Source of the DNA: Iphione sp. A-MEVVRFRX5
Lineage: Eukaryota
DNA length: 64,000 bases
Direction: 5' to 3'
Assembly: GCA_976226885.1 (NCBI GenBank)
Contig: OZ320316.1
Location: forward strand, 89,218,001-89,282,000
Shown here piece by piece: positions 12,951-25,599 of the stretch. The position numbers and the translations under genes were made by a program. Positions within the stretch are counted from its first letter, which is position 1. Every line of letters starts with the position of its first letter. The notes below the pieces were generated by a model. The model made no database searches and had not been told where the DNA came from. It worked only from the letters and a program-made list of their open reading frames with translations.

Positions 12951-14374
12951 TATACAGCAGTTCGACATAGATGTTTCTAATGGATATTGCCTGAAGGACA
13001 CGGCCGTTAAAGCTCAGTTGTCATAACTGTGTATATGTAAATGAGTATTGAACTAACGTTGCAATTTCTCTCCAGTTTCCCGAGCTATCCATGCAGGCAA
13101 ACTATGACGCAAAGTACAAGTCATAGCGTATACTGATAGATAGGTAACATTTACTAAAAGAAATGCTGTGAGAGCAACCTATCAGATGAAGGTTTAGTAG
13201 AAACCACTACTTAGCATGACGGCATGCCTGATACAGTGTGTTTTACATACATGCTATTAGATCACGTGCATCTATGATTAGTCAATTTAGGCTAACCTGT
13301 AGTCGAGCACCTACCCATGCAACGGTCTGAGACCAAAATAATAAGGCAGTTCTCGGGTTTCTCATGAGGCATCAGATACTCACGTTCATAGCACAGGAAA
13401 TATAGGGACTACGAAAGCAAAACTGATGAGGTACTCTGCGAGAAGCAGATGTGTCCGATGTGGATATTCGGGACCAAAGCGATTGGCTGCACTGAATCAA
13501 AGAAATCAATTAGAGCTTAGAAATTCCCATTTCACAATTATTGTTTCCCAACCTGTGCTTCGTTTGCAGTCTGTAAGTCGGCAACCAGAGTTTCCTAATC
13601 TAACAATAATCATTCCATGGAGAGATTTTGCTGTTATCAATGGACCCATCGCCTCACACATAAAAATTGTCATAATGATAGGCTATAACACCCAGGTCAA
13701 CCTATGACTGACCCTGCTGCAAGTAAAAAAAATATAGATAGGCTGGGTTTTTCCAAGCCCAAATCACCCAGTTTTATTTGTTTGATTTTTATAAAATACA
13801 TATTAACCAAAAGCTAAAGATTTAACAAAGGAAATGAGCTATAGCTTGTTTTCCTATCTTAATTTACAAGAAGGTTACAACCTTATAAATCTTTTCCATT
13901 GACTCATGAAAAATGATGCTTTTTTTTGCTGGGAGTGTATACAACATCATTATGCATCGAAATGACACATTTCAGAGATCAGTCCATTGACCCATTGCTG
14001 AGGAGCAAAATGTTATCTGCAGCTACAAAATCTACGTGTCTTACATTTCACCTCAGTAAAGCAATTAATTGCATCCATATGTATCCATGACTGATAAAAA
14101 TGGATGGTTTTGTTGTTGACAGCAATCAATGATAATTCAAGGTTTTACAATGCCCATGCCTTCTATTGACTGGTCAACTATGATTCACTATAAAATCAAT
14201 AATATTAATTTTACATCTTTCTTCTCTCCTAACCTGAATGTTGACAGTGCTATTTAATCTAATATCCTACCCACTCACGTATTGTTGTAATGCATAACAA
14301 CCTCAAGTGACTTTACTCTCACTTTATCAGTGTTAGTTGCTTCATTTTGATAGCCTGATGCCTCAACAGATATA

Positions 14375-14925
14375 CAGTACGCTCCCTGCCTGCGGACGCG
14401 TCTCGGAAGCAGACGCGTCTCCAGTGCGGACGATTTGATGCAGAACGAAATGATTTCCTATAGTAAACCATTATAAGCCTACGTCTCCAATGCAGATGGC
14501 AAAATTCTGGGGACGCCTCCCTGCGGACAGCAGTCAGTACCAAATTTTTGTCACCTTGACGCTAAATTACAGCTCACAGGGGCCTGTGAACCCCCCGACA
14601 CCCATCAAAGAGTAGAATTTTACACCTCTTTATATGTTTTCATGCTGATTTCCCATAGTTAACCATTATAAGCTAACTTCTCTAATCAGGACAGCTAATC
14701 TTTGAGACCTTGAATTCACACCTTGAAATGCGAATTCACACCTTGAAATCAACGGCGACCTCTCTGATGTCTCTCACACCCTGGAGAGGGAGGTGGGAGA
14801 GGTATGGAGTGCCAATGGCGACCTCTCTGATGTCCCCACCTGGTCCGATCTCCAATGTAGACGCATCTCAAATGTGGACGGTTTGAAGCAGAACAGAGGG
14901 TGTCTGGAATGGAGAGAGTGTACTG
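14375..14925. mobile_element. Tc1/mariner-pogo-type MITE, 551 bp
   Basis: Ends CAGTACGCTCCCT and reverse complement CAGTACACTCTCT (11/13). TA on both flanks (14373-14374, 14926-14927). Subterminal 36-bp direct repeats at 14411-14446 and 14859-14894 (30/36). Internal duplications: a 20-bp unit at 14712-14749 and GGCGACCTCTCTGATGTC twice. Confidence 0.8.
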
Positions 14926-15799
14926 TATGTATTTATTTAACTTTAATGTTTAGTAGTGTTTGTTGCAGCATATGTGTCCCTCCTTCAAGTTCTTAAACGT
15001 TGAAAGTGAAAATATACATTTCATCTGAAACATTTGTTAACTAACAAAGTTAGCAAAACAAAACTAGCATTTCCTCAGTGAGTAAATAAATTCGATCCTT
15101 CCAATCACAAAACTATTGTAGACTGGTTTGGACTTAACAATGCATTTCTTCCAATAGTTGTCTTTCTAAAGTTAATTTTCGTTTTCCGACGAATACGAAA
15201 TAGATTGTCCGGTAAAGGATAAAATATGTAACATCTGTTCCTTCTGACAAAATATGAAATTTCATTACCAGTAGCAATGCATCAATCTATATGTACAGTC
15301 GCGGAACTTGGATTAAAACATTCACCTTTTCGAAAATTGTTCACATGCATATAGTGAAAGGGCAGAAAACTCACAGTTCATATACTACTATGACACTGGA
15401 AGTCACACATGCGAGAGCTCGGTTCTCCGATACTGCGCCGTGCAAATATGACTGTTTGAACGATGAACGCAATTTCAGTTATCATATAACTCTGTTATAG
15501 AGTTTTTAGGCCACCCATATGGTTTTGCACTTTCGACAACAGTAATGCACTAAACTCCTTGCTTGATAATACCTTTCTTAAGACCATTAACAGATAACTT
15601 CCCCTCCCATGTAATCAACAATTGAGCGACAATAAAGTAAGTGGACACAGTCTCATTACGCTACTTAAGACACTGTGAAGATACTCCGATAATTGGCAGA
15701 TCGAACAAGGACAAAGGATGCAATCTGTCTGCGTTTGTTGCCAAGGTTACGCCATATTCGCTGCTGACGAGTGCCAATTAGAGGTGTAGGAGAAAGTAC

Positions 15800-16054
15800 G
15801 AGGAGGCACCTAGTCACCCGGGTGCCTGTAATTGTGAGACTAGCTCCCTAGCCGCCTAATTGGTGTACGTACCTCAGCCAACTAGGTGGGCGTCACCCAT
15901 TTTCCAATTAATAAGCCATCATTGGCCCACTCCAGCCAAGATCTGGCATGATTTTCCAGCCACGCCGACAAATATAACTGGCACTTCTTCCATGATCTTA
16001 AGGACAACGTCACGATCACAACTTGAGACATATATGTCAAAACACAGCGTCTGA
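15800..16054 (+). mobile_element. Possible gypsy RT N-terminal remnant
   Basis: HLVTRVPV then VYVPQPTRWASPIF, like PRRVP...I.PV.EPT.WVSP.V.V. Confidence 0.25.
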
Positions 16055-17117
16055 AGGGGCACTCAAGCATACTTTTCCTAAGTGATAATAGATTGGAGAT
16101 AGCTCCTTACGACAAAAAAATGTTAAACACCTTTGTGTCTGATCGTGTGTGGCAAGTCGAAACAAATACAGTCGACTAAAATGGTATGCAAGAGACAACG
16201 ACCTCGAGGAGTCAAATTCTTGTGAATTTTGATTCTATTCATTAAATTGAGATGTGTGTTGTTAAAGAAAGGCAAGGATGGGTTATGGGTAACTTTTGAT
16301 ATGTGGTTGCGTGGGCCGGTAAAGCCTGTGAAGCTGTGTTACGTTGTGTTAAAAATAAAACCCTTTAGGTATCATTTACTTTATTCTGCAATCCGTTTTT
16401 CTCGTAAATATCTTACTTAGTAAATATTTGTACATGCCCTATAGAGTCACAGGGTTGCCTTTATGGCGATAAGAGGGAGGCTGTGGGGATATGTAACACT
16501 GCTCTTCGAGCAGTTAATAAAAGGAAAAACAGAGGCTTTCTAGACACATTTATAGTCCATGAGAATGATTTTATGTGTTTGCATATCTACCATCTCCAAG
16601 ATCATAATGTGTGATACAGGATGTAAAGAAGCAGATCGATATCTGTAATTACCTCGCTCGGGTTACTTACACTTCCTTGGCATGTATATGTGTCATTCTA
16701 GCTGTTATATTGCTAGGTCTACTGTAGCTGTTTATTTTTCTTCTGTTTCATGTCTAAAATGAACGAATTCATTTGACGGAACGACTGAAATCTCAGGCCT
16801 TGCCTGTAGTTATACAGTTTGCTAACATTGTTCCAATTCCCGTCTAAGTTCGACCCGCCTGTTGTGATCGCATGATGGGGCTGCATGTCATGCTAATCCA
16901 GCTCTTTCATTAACATCTTCAATGTTTTGGTTATGACTATTCATATTTCGCTGCACGATTCATAGTGTCGAAAATCCGATTTTATTTATCGAATGAAACA
17001 TCAAAACTTTCTCTCAGTTCGCATTAGTTGGCAGAAATGTCAGTTACTCAAAGGAAAAAGAGCGGAAGAATTCAAAGGATTAGTTTATGTATAAATAAAC
17101 CTGTATAAAATGACATA

Positions 17118-18222
17118 TCATGGCGTAGTCGTCAAACTGGTAAATAATTGTGCACGTGTACAGATGATATTCTTCGCAACAGTTTGACAGTGAATCCTGA
17201 CTGAAAAAAAAAGAAATTGTAAAACATCGACCTGATTGTTTTGAACGAAATTCCGTCTCATGACAGTAGCTGGCCTTATATTTCTGTCGACATTTTTTCT
17301 GTTCTCCCGTTCCCTTTTATTTTTCATATGAGCCGCGGCGTCAGTTCCCAATCTCCCTTTAGGACTTAGTCATTTTACAAAGCTGAAACCTGACAGCATA
17401 TTCAGATAACCGGCCGAGAAATAATCTCTAAGAAAAGTTACGAAGATTTAAGTAAATGCGACACTTTTTAGCAAGAAAGCGCTGCCCCTCTACCGCTGAG
17501 TTCCCATGTATGTATATCCTACGATTGATTCGCTTAAAGAAGTTGTGAGCAGGAACTGCTGAGTCGCACGCCCGTTCCCTAGAGGCAGTCGATCCAAGAG
17601 GCACATCGGTCGAGTCATGCATGTACTCAATCAAGTCGTCGATACTTTGTTCTGGCGAATCTAGATAACGCTTTCTCGGCTTCGCATTTCCCCTGGGGTG
17701 ATAATCTTTCTCCTCTATGTGCAGCCTAATGCAGGGAAAAATCGATAGCAGGGACGTTTTCTCTAATCTTGTTAAGCAGCACACCGATAGAATCGGCTCT
17801 TCTTGTCTGACACCTGTACAGGTATACACATAGATATGCAATATAGGTTTCTAAGTGAGCACAGAGCAGGTTCAGCTCTTGAAATAGTATCTGAGTCATC
17901 AGAAAAACTAATCGTTTTCAAAATATAATACCCTGCAATGCCTTGTATACAAAGTCTACTTTAAAGCCTTCACTGCAGTGATCTCTTCAGCTTTAATGTG
18001 CATGGAAATAATTACTGTTTGCTACAATTTATAATTAATGCATGGAGGAATTTTCGGCAGCTCGTTATCTTGAAAAATATGCGTCAAGGTGTCTCCGGTA
18101 CATTTGCTTCCCATGCAGTAACGATCTCCATGTTTATACAGGTATCTTCCTGTATGGCTAGTTGACCATCCATCACCATCACAAAATGGAAGTAAGTAAT
18201 CATAGCAAAGCGGCAGCCACAT
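17118..18222 (-). mobile_element. Decayed RTE-like non-LTR RT (domains 2-7)
   Basis: ORFs 18022-18222 and 17428-17841 share a frame. Contains ITAVKALK*TLYTRHCRV (like I..IK.LY....V), TGVRQEEPILS (like TGVRQGC.LSP), DSPEQSIDDLIEY and IYIHGNSAVEGQRFL (like I.I.G..LE.V..F.YLG). YADD itself is not preserved. Confidence 0.55.
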
Positions 18223-19169
18223 ATAACGAAGTCAATTGTCTAGCCTAAACTATCCACAACTGTAAAGTGTAAAAAGAGCGTTGTTTGTTCTAAGATGTAC
18301 TCAATAGAACAAATTTGCCAACCGAGTTAAATGAATGTTTTCATCGCCCCATACCGTTATCGTGGCGATTGTTCACATCTCAAATTAGCCTTCCATTTGA
18401 AAGAGATATTTTTCTGAAGTAGGATGAATAATAATAATCTAAAAATATCAGAATCAACGCTTGACGTTTAAAGAACTGCTTAGCACGACTATATTTATTT
18501 GATTTTCTTCTTTTAATGTTCCATTCCAATTTATTAAATGTAGAGATCACGTTCCCATTTTATCTAATTCTATTTAGTAGCACATCACCCCGGAGGTCTA
18601 GGGAAATATCTATACAACTGTATCACATGCAGTTATTGTCAGACTTACTTTTTTTTCGTGTGTCCAGTCTCCAATCAGTGTGACCAAGACAGTGAGAGTA
18701 GTTTAGGAGAAGACGGCCAGGTGGCGACACTGGGAAACTAGTATCAATCGGTAAAAAGGGTTATTTGTTCCAGTAAGAATTTACATCTCTTTTTGTTAAA
18801 GAGCATGGAACGGTACCTCAAAGGTGTTGGTGAATCGAAATTACTTATCATATCGTTGTTTTAGAGGTACAGGACAGGAGATCCATGTGGCGTAAAACAT
18901 CTTAGATTTGGGCCGTAACTGCATTTTCAGAATCCTGTTTATAATGAGAACCAAGGTTTTAGTTAGAAAGGTTTCCTCTCAGCTCCACCCATAGAATTAC
19001 AATGATCTGGCGTACTCATGCAATTCACTGATCTGTCAGGGGCACGTCGGCGCAGCCTATCTAGTTAGTACATACACAGCTTACCGCTAAGTAGTGAACT
19101 AACAACATCACCTCCTTCTGTTTGCTAGGCTTCGTCAAATCAATTTGGCTAGCGTAGTGGGTGCAGGAT

Positions 19170-19861
19170 TTTTCCTTTCACACTTTCACAAGTTTTTGAG
19201 CAGACTACGAGTGTTGCAATGTATAGCTTTGCTGCAAGGTAAATGTGGTACCAGTTTGCAAACGCCCATACCTATGTGTGTATACGCCTGAAATAGTTCC
19301 AATGATTTATGAGTGAAAATGTGCATGAGCACATTATTGAAATGTGTAACAGATTTACAGTTGCGACAAGAAAATGGAGCCGTTGTATATTTGGAATACT
19401 GCTTTCAAACGCTTAGCTCATAATAAAACAAAGATACAGAGGTAAACGGTGCCGTAAGACACATTTAACCGCTCCAGTGCAATGGGCTTCCGTGATTGTA
19501 AAATTCATGACGTGAACAGTTAAAAACGTTTCATTTCTAAATGAAACGCGCTAGACGTAAAATTTTTCACTACGCTTACATTTGATTCATGGTTATCCAA
19601 ATATTTGTACCTCCGGGTACAATCCCATACTGCTACTTTGCGTCCCTAATGGTTTCCTTTAATGATTTCCATGTTTTGCTGGAAGCTATGATCGCGTTGG
19701 GCAATGAGTGTGTGGCAGCCATCGTGATTTGCACACCCCGATGGGCGAGCGGCAACAGCCTGATAGATCTGATAAAGCGACCCAACCATCAAGAGGTTAA
19801 TTGGATAGCGAAATTTCAATGGTTTTAACCAGGCGGGACTATTGTTATCGTTTTGCGGCAC
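19170..19861 (-). mobile_element. Possible Maverick/Polinton packaging ATPase remnant
   Basis: One minus frame with stops: LKFRYPINLLMVGS (like LKHPFT.IV.GPS), NMEIIKG, KYLDN..SNVSVVKNFTSSAFH (like IIDDLM...V.K.FT..SHH), F*LFTS*IYNHG (like FITQNLFHQG) and LELFQAYT (like FLEA.EDAT). No Walker A GKT. Confidence 0.3.
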
Positions 19862-20329
19862 TCTTGTGGAGTTGAATAACTGGTGGGCTGCTAAAGGACA
19901 ATATGCGTGTCATAATTTGTTTACAATATTTGTTTTCGCCTGCAGGGACCGCCCTAAAAAGGAATTACACGTTAAGTTGGGAACATCAGTGAGTAAACCC
20001 TTGCAATTAATCACAAGAGAATTCTTTACAAAATTTCGATTATTTTCACCGTATCTTAATCATATCGATATCGTTCGTTTGGCAGTCAGAGGATATATAA
20101 CAAATGCAGTATATTTAAGTCGTTTAAACTCGTTACATTTACAGATGCAAACCGGTATAGCTACACAAAGTATAGTCCCTTCAAATGTAGTACTTCTGCA
20201 GTACGTGACGGCTTTTTAATATATCAACGTGGGTCTGCTATGATTAAGCACAGGCAGGCAGACATTCTGTGGCAAACATACAGGCGCACACACATAGAGG
20301 ACGTGCCGTGGGGGGGGGGGTGAATGTAT

Positions 20330-20796
20330 ACAAACGGCAGAGATCAAAACGCTGGGCTATTTGGCTTTAATCATTCATACGGTACTCCACGCCGCTCATG
20401 ACACCCGATATGATATGGACTTAAGTAGTCGGAAAAGGCATGATTCTGAGGCAAATACCAGTGGCCTTACAGGGAAATAGCGGCACGATCGGCGGCCATA
20501 CGGGAAAGGCGTCCAGCAGTAAAATTACACAGCAAACAGGGAAGGCGTGAGGTGGGCGGCAAAGGAGGCAGACAGGGGAGCTGGCTTGTTTGCTGCTGCT
20601 TGCACAGATCACACCGATCGTGAGGGTGCCTCCCGACCGTCCGTACCAAGATCAACATGGCCAATATGACCGTGATCAGGCCTGCTGGCCGCTCCGTCCC
20701 GCCCCTCGCTTCATGCCTGCCTCGCGCGGTACACCCCGCAGCAATTGAAAAGTGATCTGCAGCGAAGGAGAGTAACTCTACTCCAGTACCCGGCAA
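20330..20796 (-). mobile_element. Decayed gypsy integrase (Zn finger to core)
   Basis: Single frame with 3 stops: HEARGGTER (like HEGH.G.EK), CDLCKQQQ...LPPLPP (like C..CQ...PL.PLP), AFSDY (like D.FSKY) and RRGVPYE*LKPNSPAF*S (like RHG.P..L.SDNGPQF.S). Confidence 0.55.
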
Positions 20797-21624
20797 ACCA
20801 AAACCATTTTCCGTGGTGGCAAACTTTTTTTCTCCCTGGCGAGCCTAATCATAAAACAGCTTGGGGGATCCGTTTTTGTTCGCTCTTTTAAAGGAATCAT
20901 ACTCTTTGCTAATAGTAAAGCCTTACCATAGGGTTTCTACCAGGTATCTTATTCCCTCTTTTATGTCAATAGCCTAGAGCCATTTCTCGAGTTCAGATAT
21001 TTTAAAAGCGCTGGGCCTTTCTTCATGCACATCATTTTAACAATTCATCTTGAAGCTTGAAGGAATGTAATTCAAAAGAAAAATACCATTTTATGTAGCT
21101 TGTGAAAGAGGAATAAATCTCCGACATATTTATCGAAACCATTTATTTTAGCCCTGACAATTTAAATCAAGACGAACGTACATGTATTGCCATCTTTATT
21201 TTGCAAAATAGAGTCAACTCATCAGCAGTTTGATTTTACGGTCATTTTGCTGTATTACAAAAGTTGCGTGTTTCAGTGCTCAGACGCAACCAGAGAATAT
21301 CATTTTACTTGTTTTCTGTAATATAATCTTATTAAATGCGTTAGCATATGTGTGTTCCGTTAGGCCTGCCAGTTGTAGACGTCATACGAGGGAAGTTCTC
21401 TCGCATAGCTGTGCGACAGCGTTCTCTTATGTCCTTCAGTGTGCCTCACGTTGACCCGCAGGTCTATTCAAAGTCTGTAAGGTCTTTCATTTTAGTTATT
21501 CGTATTCTTTCCTTCAAACCTTTGTTATACGTGTAATCAATGATCCTACTGCGTATCACTTCCTCTGTTTGCGATCAAACATTTCCAATGATTTGAAAAT
21601 TTGAAGGAAAGTTGTAATTGTTTC

Positions 21625-22070
21625 CATGAAATGGGAATATTCCAAACCCACGATCAAATATCACAGGCTTTAAGGTCGTTCTGGTGCAAAGGGCAGGGAA
21701 GGTATTTGCCTCTTTGATTCATTTGTAATAGCAATTTCCCCCCAGTGATTATTGACCAAGGAGATACAGATGGGGAATAAGCTATATTTGCCTGCAGGAA
21801 AGAGTCCCACTCCACAAAAAGATTTCTACACACGTGTGTAGTGAGACATGCACATGTAGAGCGATACAAATAGACACAGACAAATGTATACACAGATTCC
21901 GGGGACCTACCGACCTCAGAGACGGTCCAGCAAAGATACCTGGCCCAAAGCCCAAAGCCCCAACCGCTACTGGGTACTGGAATCACAAAGTCCCAGACCT
22001 CATTGGACGGGCCTTTACCAGATACACGCAGACGAAACTATAGTGCACTGGGAGGCTGTTTGTTCAGTTA
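21625..22070 (+). mobile_element. Possible LTR-element integrase C-terminal half
   Basis: QISQALRSFW...YLPL*FICN (like TLKQ.LRK...WD.YLP..LFAYN), ISPQ*LL (like SP.ELL) and YWVLESQSPRPHWTGLYQI (like GDWVL...L.PRWTGPYQV). Confidence 0.35.
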
Positions 22071-23306
22071 TGTCAACTTTTGCCAATAAATGCCATATTG
22101 TCTGTGCCTGTGCAAATCTTTTCTGGATCACAGAGGCGGACAGTTACGATGACTCTCTGCTCTGGATTGTATGTATTGCATATGTGTTGTCAAATATTTT
22201 GAAATAAAATCATTTGCTTTCCCGAAGACCAAGCGGTAAACAGTGGATATTTCAAGCTCAATGGTCGCAAGGTACAATGTATTTCTATTCAAAGGTAAGT
22301 CACCGATGATCATTTAAAGCTAGTTCATAAAATAGAGGAAATGTTGCGTTACAGAAATCTTAATTAAAATGACTGCGGGTGTCACAAAGTAAGGGTTAAG
22401 GGTAGCAATCACGAATGCATATAAATTAATTGTAAGTAGTTTGGGACGATTATATTGTGTTCTGGTCTCGATTGCGTCAGAAGTACGGATTTATCTCACC
22501 GGATAGTGTAACTGTGGAACAACTTCATAAATTTGAGAAAACGATCATTCGAAATAATCGATCATGTGGAAAGGCTCTACTGATGTTTGCTTTTCATCAT
22601 GTTACTGATTGTTTTGCGCTTTTTGTTTTTGTCACACATTGTATTTGAATTCTAAAACGATCTCGATTACTAAAGAAATCAGATAAGTGATAAATACGAA
22701 CAAACAATAGTTTTGAAACTACCCACGGACACCGTTGTTCTAATGGTTGCAAGTTCTGGCGTTTGTAATATGAAAATATTCTATTACTTTTATAAAAACC
22801 TGATAAATGGTCCTCCATTGCATTAGTTCACGAGCAACCACAGAGAGCTACCCATTACATTAAACCAGTATGGTGCAATACCGAGAACACGTTTTTTTTA
22901 GCACATCCTTCCGTCCTGTGCAGTTCCTGCCATGTATCACGTTTTTAGAATCCTTATGATTGGGGAAATATAAAGCCATGGCTTTTTATCAAAGATGTTA
23001 CTTTCTTGACATGTCACTGACGTCTTATGAAGAGTTGAAGGTTTTCATCTTGTATGCTATACCTTTGTTTTTTTTTCAAAAACAATAAATAAGATCTGTA
23101 AGTCCGCGATGGACAAAAACTAATCAGAGAAAATGAGTGTCTCTGCAGTACAAATCAGTACAACCGCTGATTTCAGCCTAGGGAAATTCAGGTAAAATAA
23201 GCGTATTGCATGTGCGACTAGAATAGGTTGATATGTTTTAAAACAAATATCATCAAGCTGCTATGTTTCTAATGGAATGTTCTTTATGCATGTGAATTTG
23301 AAATCT

Positions 23307-23364
23307 TTTCCGTGTTACGAAATTCTCCACAATCATTTCCGTGTTACGAAATTCTCCACAATCA
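23307..23364. repeat. Perfect 29-bp tandem duplication
   Basis: TTTCCGTGTTACGAAATTCTCCACAATCA twice, adjacent (23307-23335, 23336-23364). Confidence 0.95.
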
Positions 23365-23599
23365 GTGTAGGTTCGAACCACAGAAGACATCAGGACAAAC
23401 TAGCTACCTAATGGATCAAGATTTGTCACGATTAGTCGTTTTGCTATTTCAAGCAGATTCACATTACCGGTCGGCGTTGTAATGAACCTTTAAAGTTTGA
23501 TCATTTCTCATGCACAATATGAACATGATGTGATACGGCTGCATGTTTAGCGGCATTATAGTCATGTACATGCAACGGCTGAGTGTCTGTAGCTTTTCT

Positions 23600-23930
23600 T
23601 TTTATGCTAGGATGTGGAGATATTACTTCTTAAAGAACTTTCAATCTTCCCTGCCGTTGTGCTGACATCTATACAGAATTAAGAACGTTCTCCCCAGGTC
23701 CAATTTCTTAATTCCATTTTTTTGCCGCTTCAAGCTCTTTGTCCGCAACTAGCTATCTTCCGCTGATGGCGTTAATCTCATCTCCACTGAAGGCTCTTCA
23801 GCCTATAAGCATATGGATTTTATTCATAGACATTTTCATACACTGTAGTGCTGCTATTTTGGACTTAACTATGGTGAGTTTGAAGGTCCAACTAGACTCG
23901 CCCACGTATTTGCGAAGTTTGTGCTGTCAC
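23600..23930 (-). mobile_element. Possible Penelope GIY-YIG endonuclease remnant
   Basis: LRKYVGESSWTFK resembles K.YVGET.RTLK. The rest is poorly conserved. Confidence 0.25.
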
Positions 23931-24470
23931 CGGAAGTTAACTGTTAAAGTTAGTCATTAGGGGAAGAAAAAAAATCTGATAGCTCCTCCTTCGTTCAACT
24001 GCTTGCCTCTGATCCTTTGCTATGTAGATGATGGTCTTTTGCTATAGGCAATAATCGGATCGGAATTTCCCTGTATGGGTCCTATTTTGGATATTCGTCC
24101 GATTTAGAGGGACGTCCAAGGTATAAATTATGTAATTATGTAGATCGTATTTTTGGCCCTAATACTTTCATGTTGTGCGCATGAGCGTGATATACACTTC
24201 CTATCAGAACTCTCTTTTGTTTTTTCCAAAGCCATCTTAATAACGTATTGGGTTTGTTTGATCTACGCATGAAAACCGTAATGAATACAGTATTAATTCG
24301 GGATAAAGATCACATTGCTAAACACATACCTTCGATATTCTTTTGTATTATTGACATACTAAAAGTAGGATATCTATTTGTAACAATTGACAAACAGGCT
24401 GATTCTGACAATTTAGATTAAAACCCTGTGTATTTATCCCGCCCGCTTCATAAATTTTATGAAGCATTAG

Positions 24471-24563
24471 GTAGACATGCTCTATTTTTAGCGTGAGTAG
24501 CGATATGAACTTAACTGTAGACATGATCTCATTTTTAGCGTGAGTAGTTATATGGACTCAATT
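24471..24563. repeat. Imperfect tandem duplication, about 46-47 bp
   Basis: GTAGACATG..ATTTTTAGCGTGAGTAG..TATG.ACT starting at 24471 and again at 24517. Confidence 0.8.
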
Positions 24564-25599
24564 AATTCATAACTCTGAAAAGGTCTACAAGAACGTAATA
24601 CTTCTGTAGTATGATGCTATACCTGAAAGAATTTGTGGGTGTGCATTCCAGCATCAGATCTTAGCTTAAAACCTACTACCTTACGCGCCTTTTCGGAGAA
24701 TGTCTTCATGTCCCACACGTTGCGTACCTTCTACATTTGGTCAATGCCATAGTTAATATTACCACACTGATTTTCTCCAAAAAGGTAGAGACGTTTTCAT
24801 GTTGCTGAATATCAGGTTTTTGCATCTTTTATTGTTGAACTCATGAATGGTTACGTATTAATACCATACTGAGCGAAAACCTTTACTGGGTGCAAAGACT
24901 TTCTAGTCAGGGATTTTCTTCGAGCAGTTTCTTTTGCAGTCGCCTAAGATTGAGGTTTCACCTTTCCTGATTATAAGCTTTGGCTTAATCTGGTTGGTAC
25001 TGTCGCTAGGCAACATAGAGCCTACCTGTGTTTGTTTCTTTTATACCTATATTGTATGCTAAGCCTCTCTGGGCTTCTTCAGTATTTGTCATCTGACTAA
25101 TATACATTATAATTCTATCGCATATGTACTAGAAAACCTCATCTTGTAGCATTTCGATACATGATAATATTCCCTTCTTTCCTGAATATGCAAAAGCATG
25201 ACATCTGCTGTCTGACAAGTCAGGATTAAGCCATGCGTCCGACAGACAGGGGTTATCAAGAGAGTAGGTTTACATCAATGCTTTGCATTATTCCTTGTTT
25301 ACTAACTCGTAAGTGTATCTCATATGCACACCAAAGAATGCTCAAATGGGAAACATCAGAAAGACTGGTCCAGTCCAATTGAACACAAGCAGGCATTGTT
25401 TTAGAACTATGGCATTAATTGTGTGAAAGACCCATCTTTTAGTTGATAGCAATAAAGGCAACAAAAGGAAGATGTCCATCTGATGAAACCCTCTGTTGGA
25501 GGTAAAATATTCTTTCTGTAGAAGACCTGTGAACCCCCGGAGAATGGCTCCCGAAAACAGACATCATCCTACATCGTCTTAAGGCGAAGGAGAACGGCT

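Noticed and set aside
22128-22313. L2/CR1 3' ORF2 remnant
   Set aside because: Only a vague TVYRLVFGKA..YL resemblance, too weak to call.
24009-24044. Plus-strand LILCYVDDGLLL RT motif
   Set aside because: Followed at once by a stop, with no upstream RT motifs, and opposite in strand to the neighbouring GIY-YIG-like signal. Probably chance.
25224-25236. 18S rRNA 5' region (GATTAAGCCATGC)
   Set aside because: Only a 13-nt match; the flanks do not resemble SSU rRNA.
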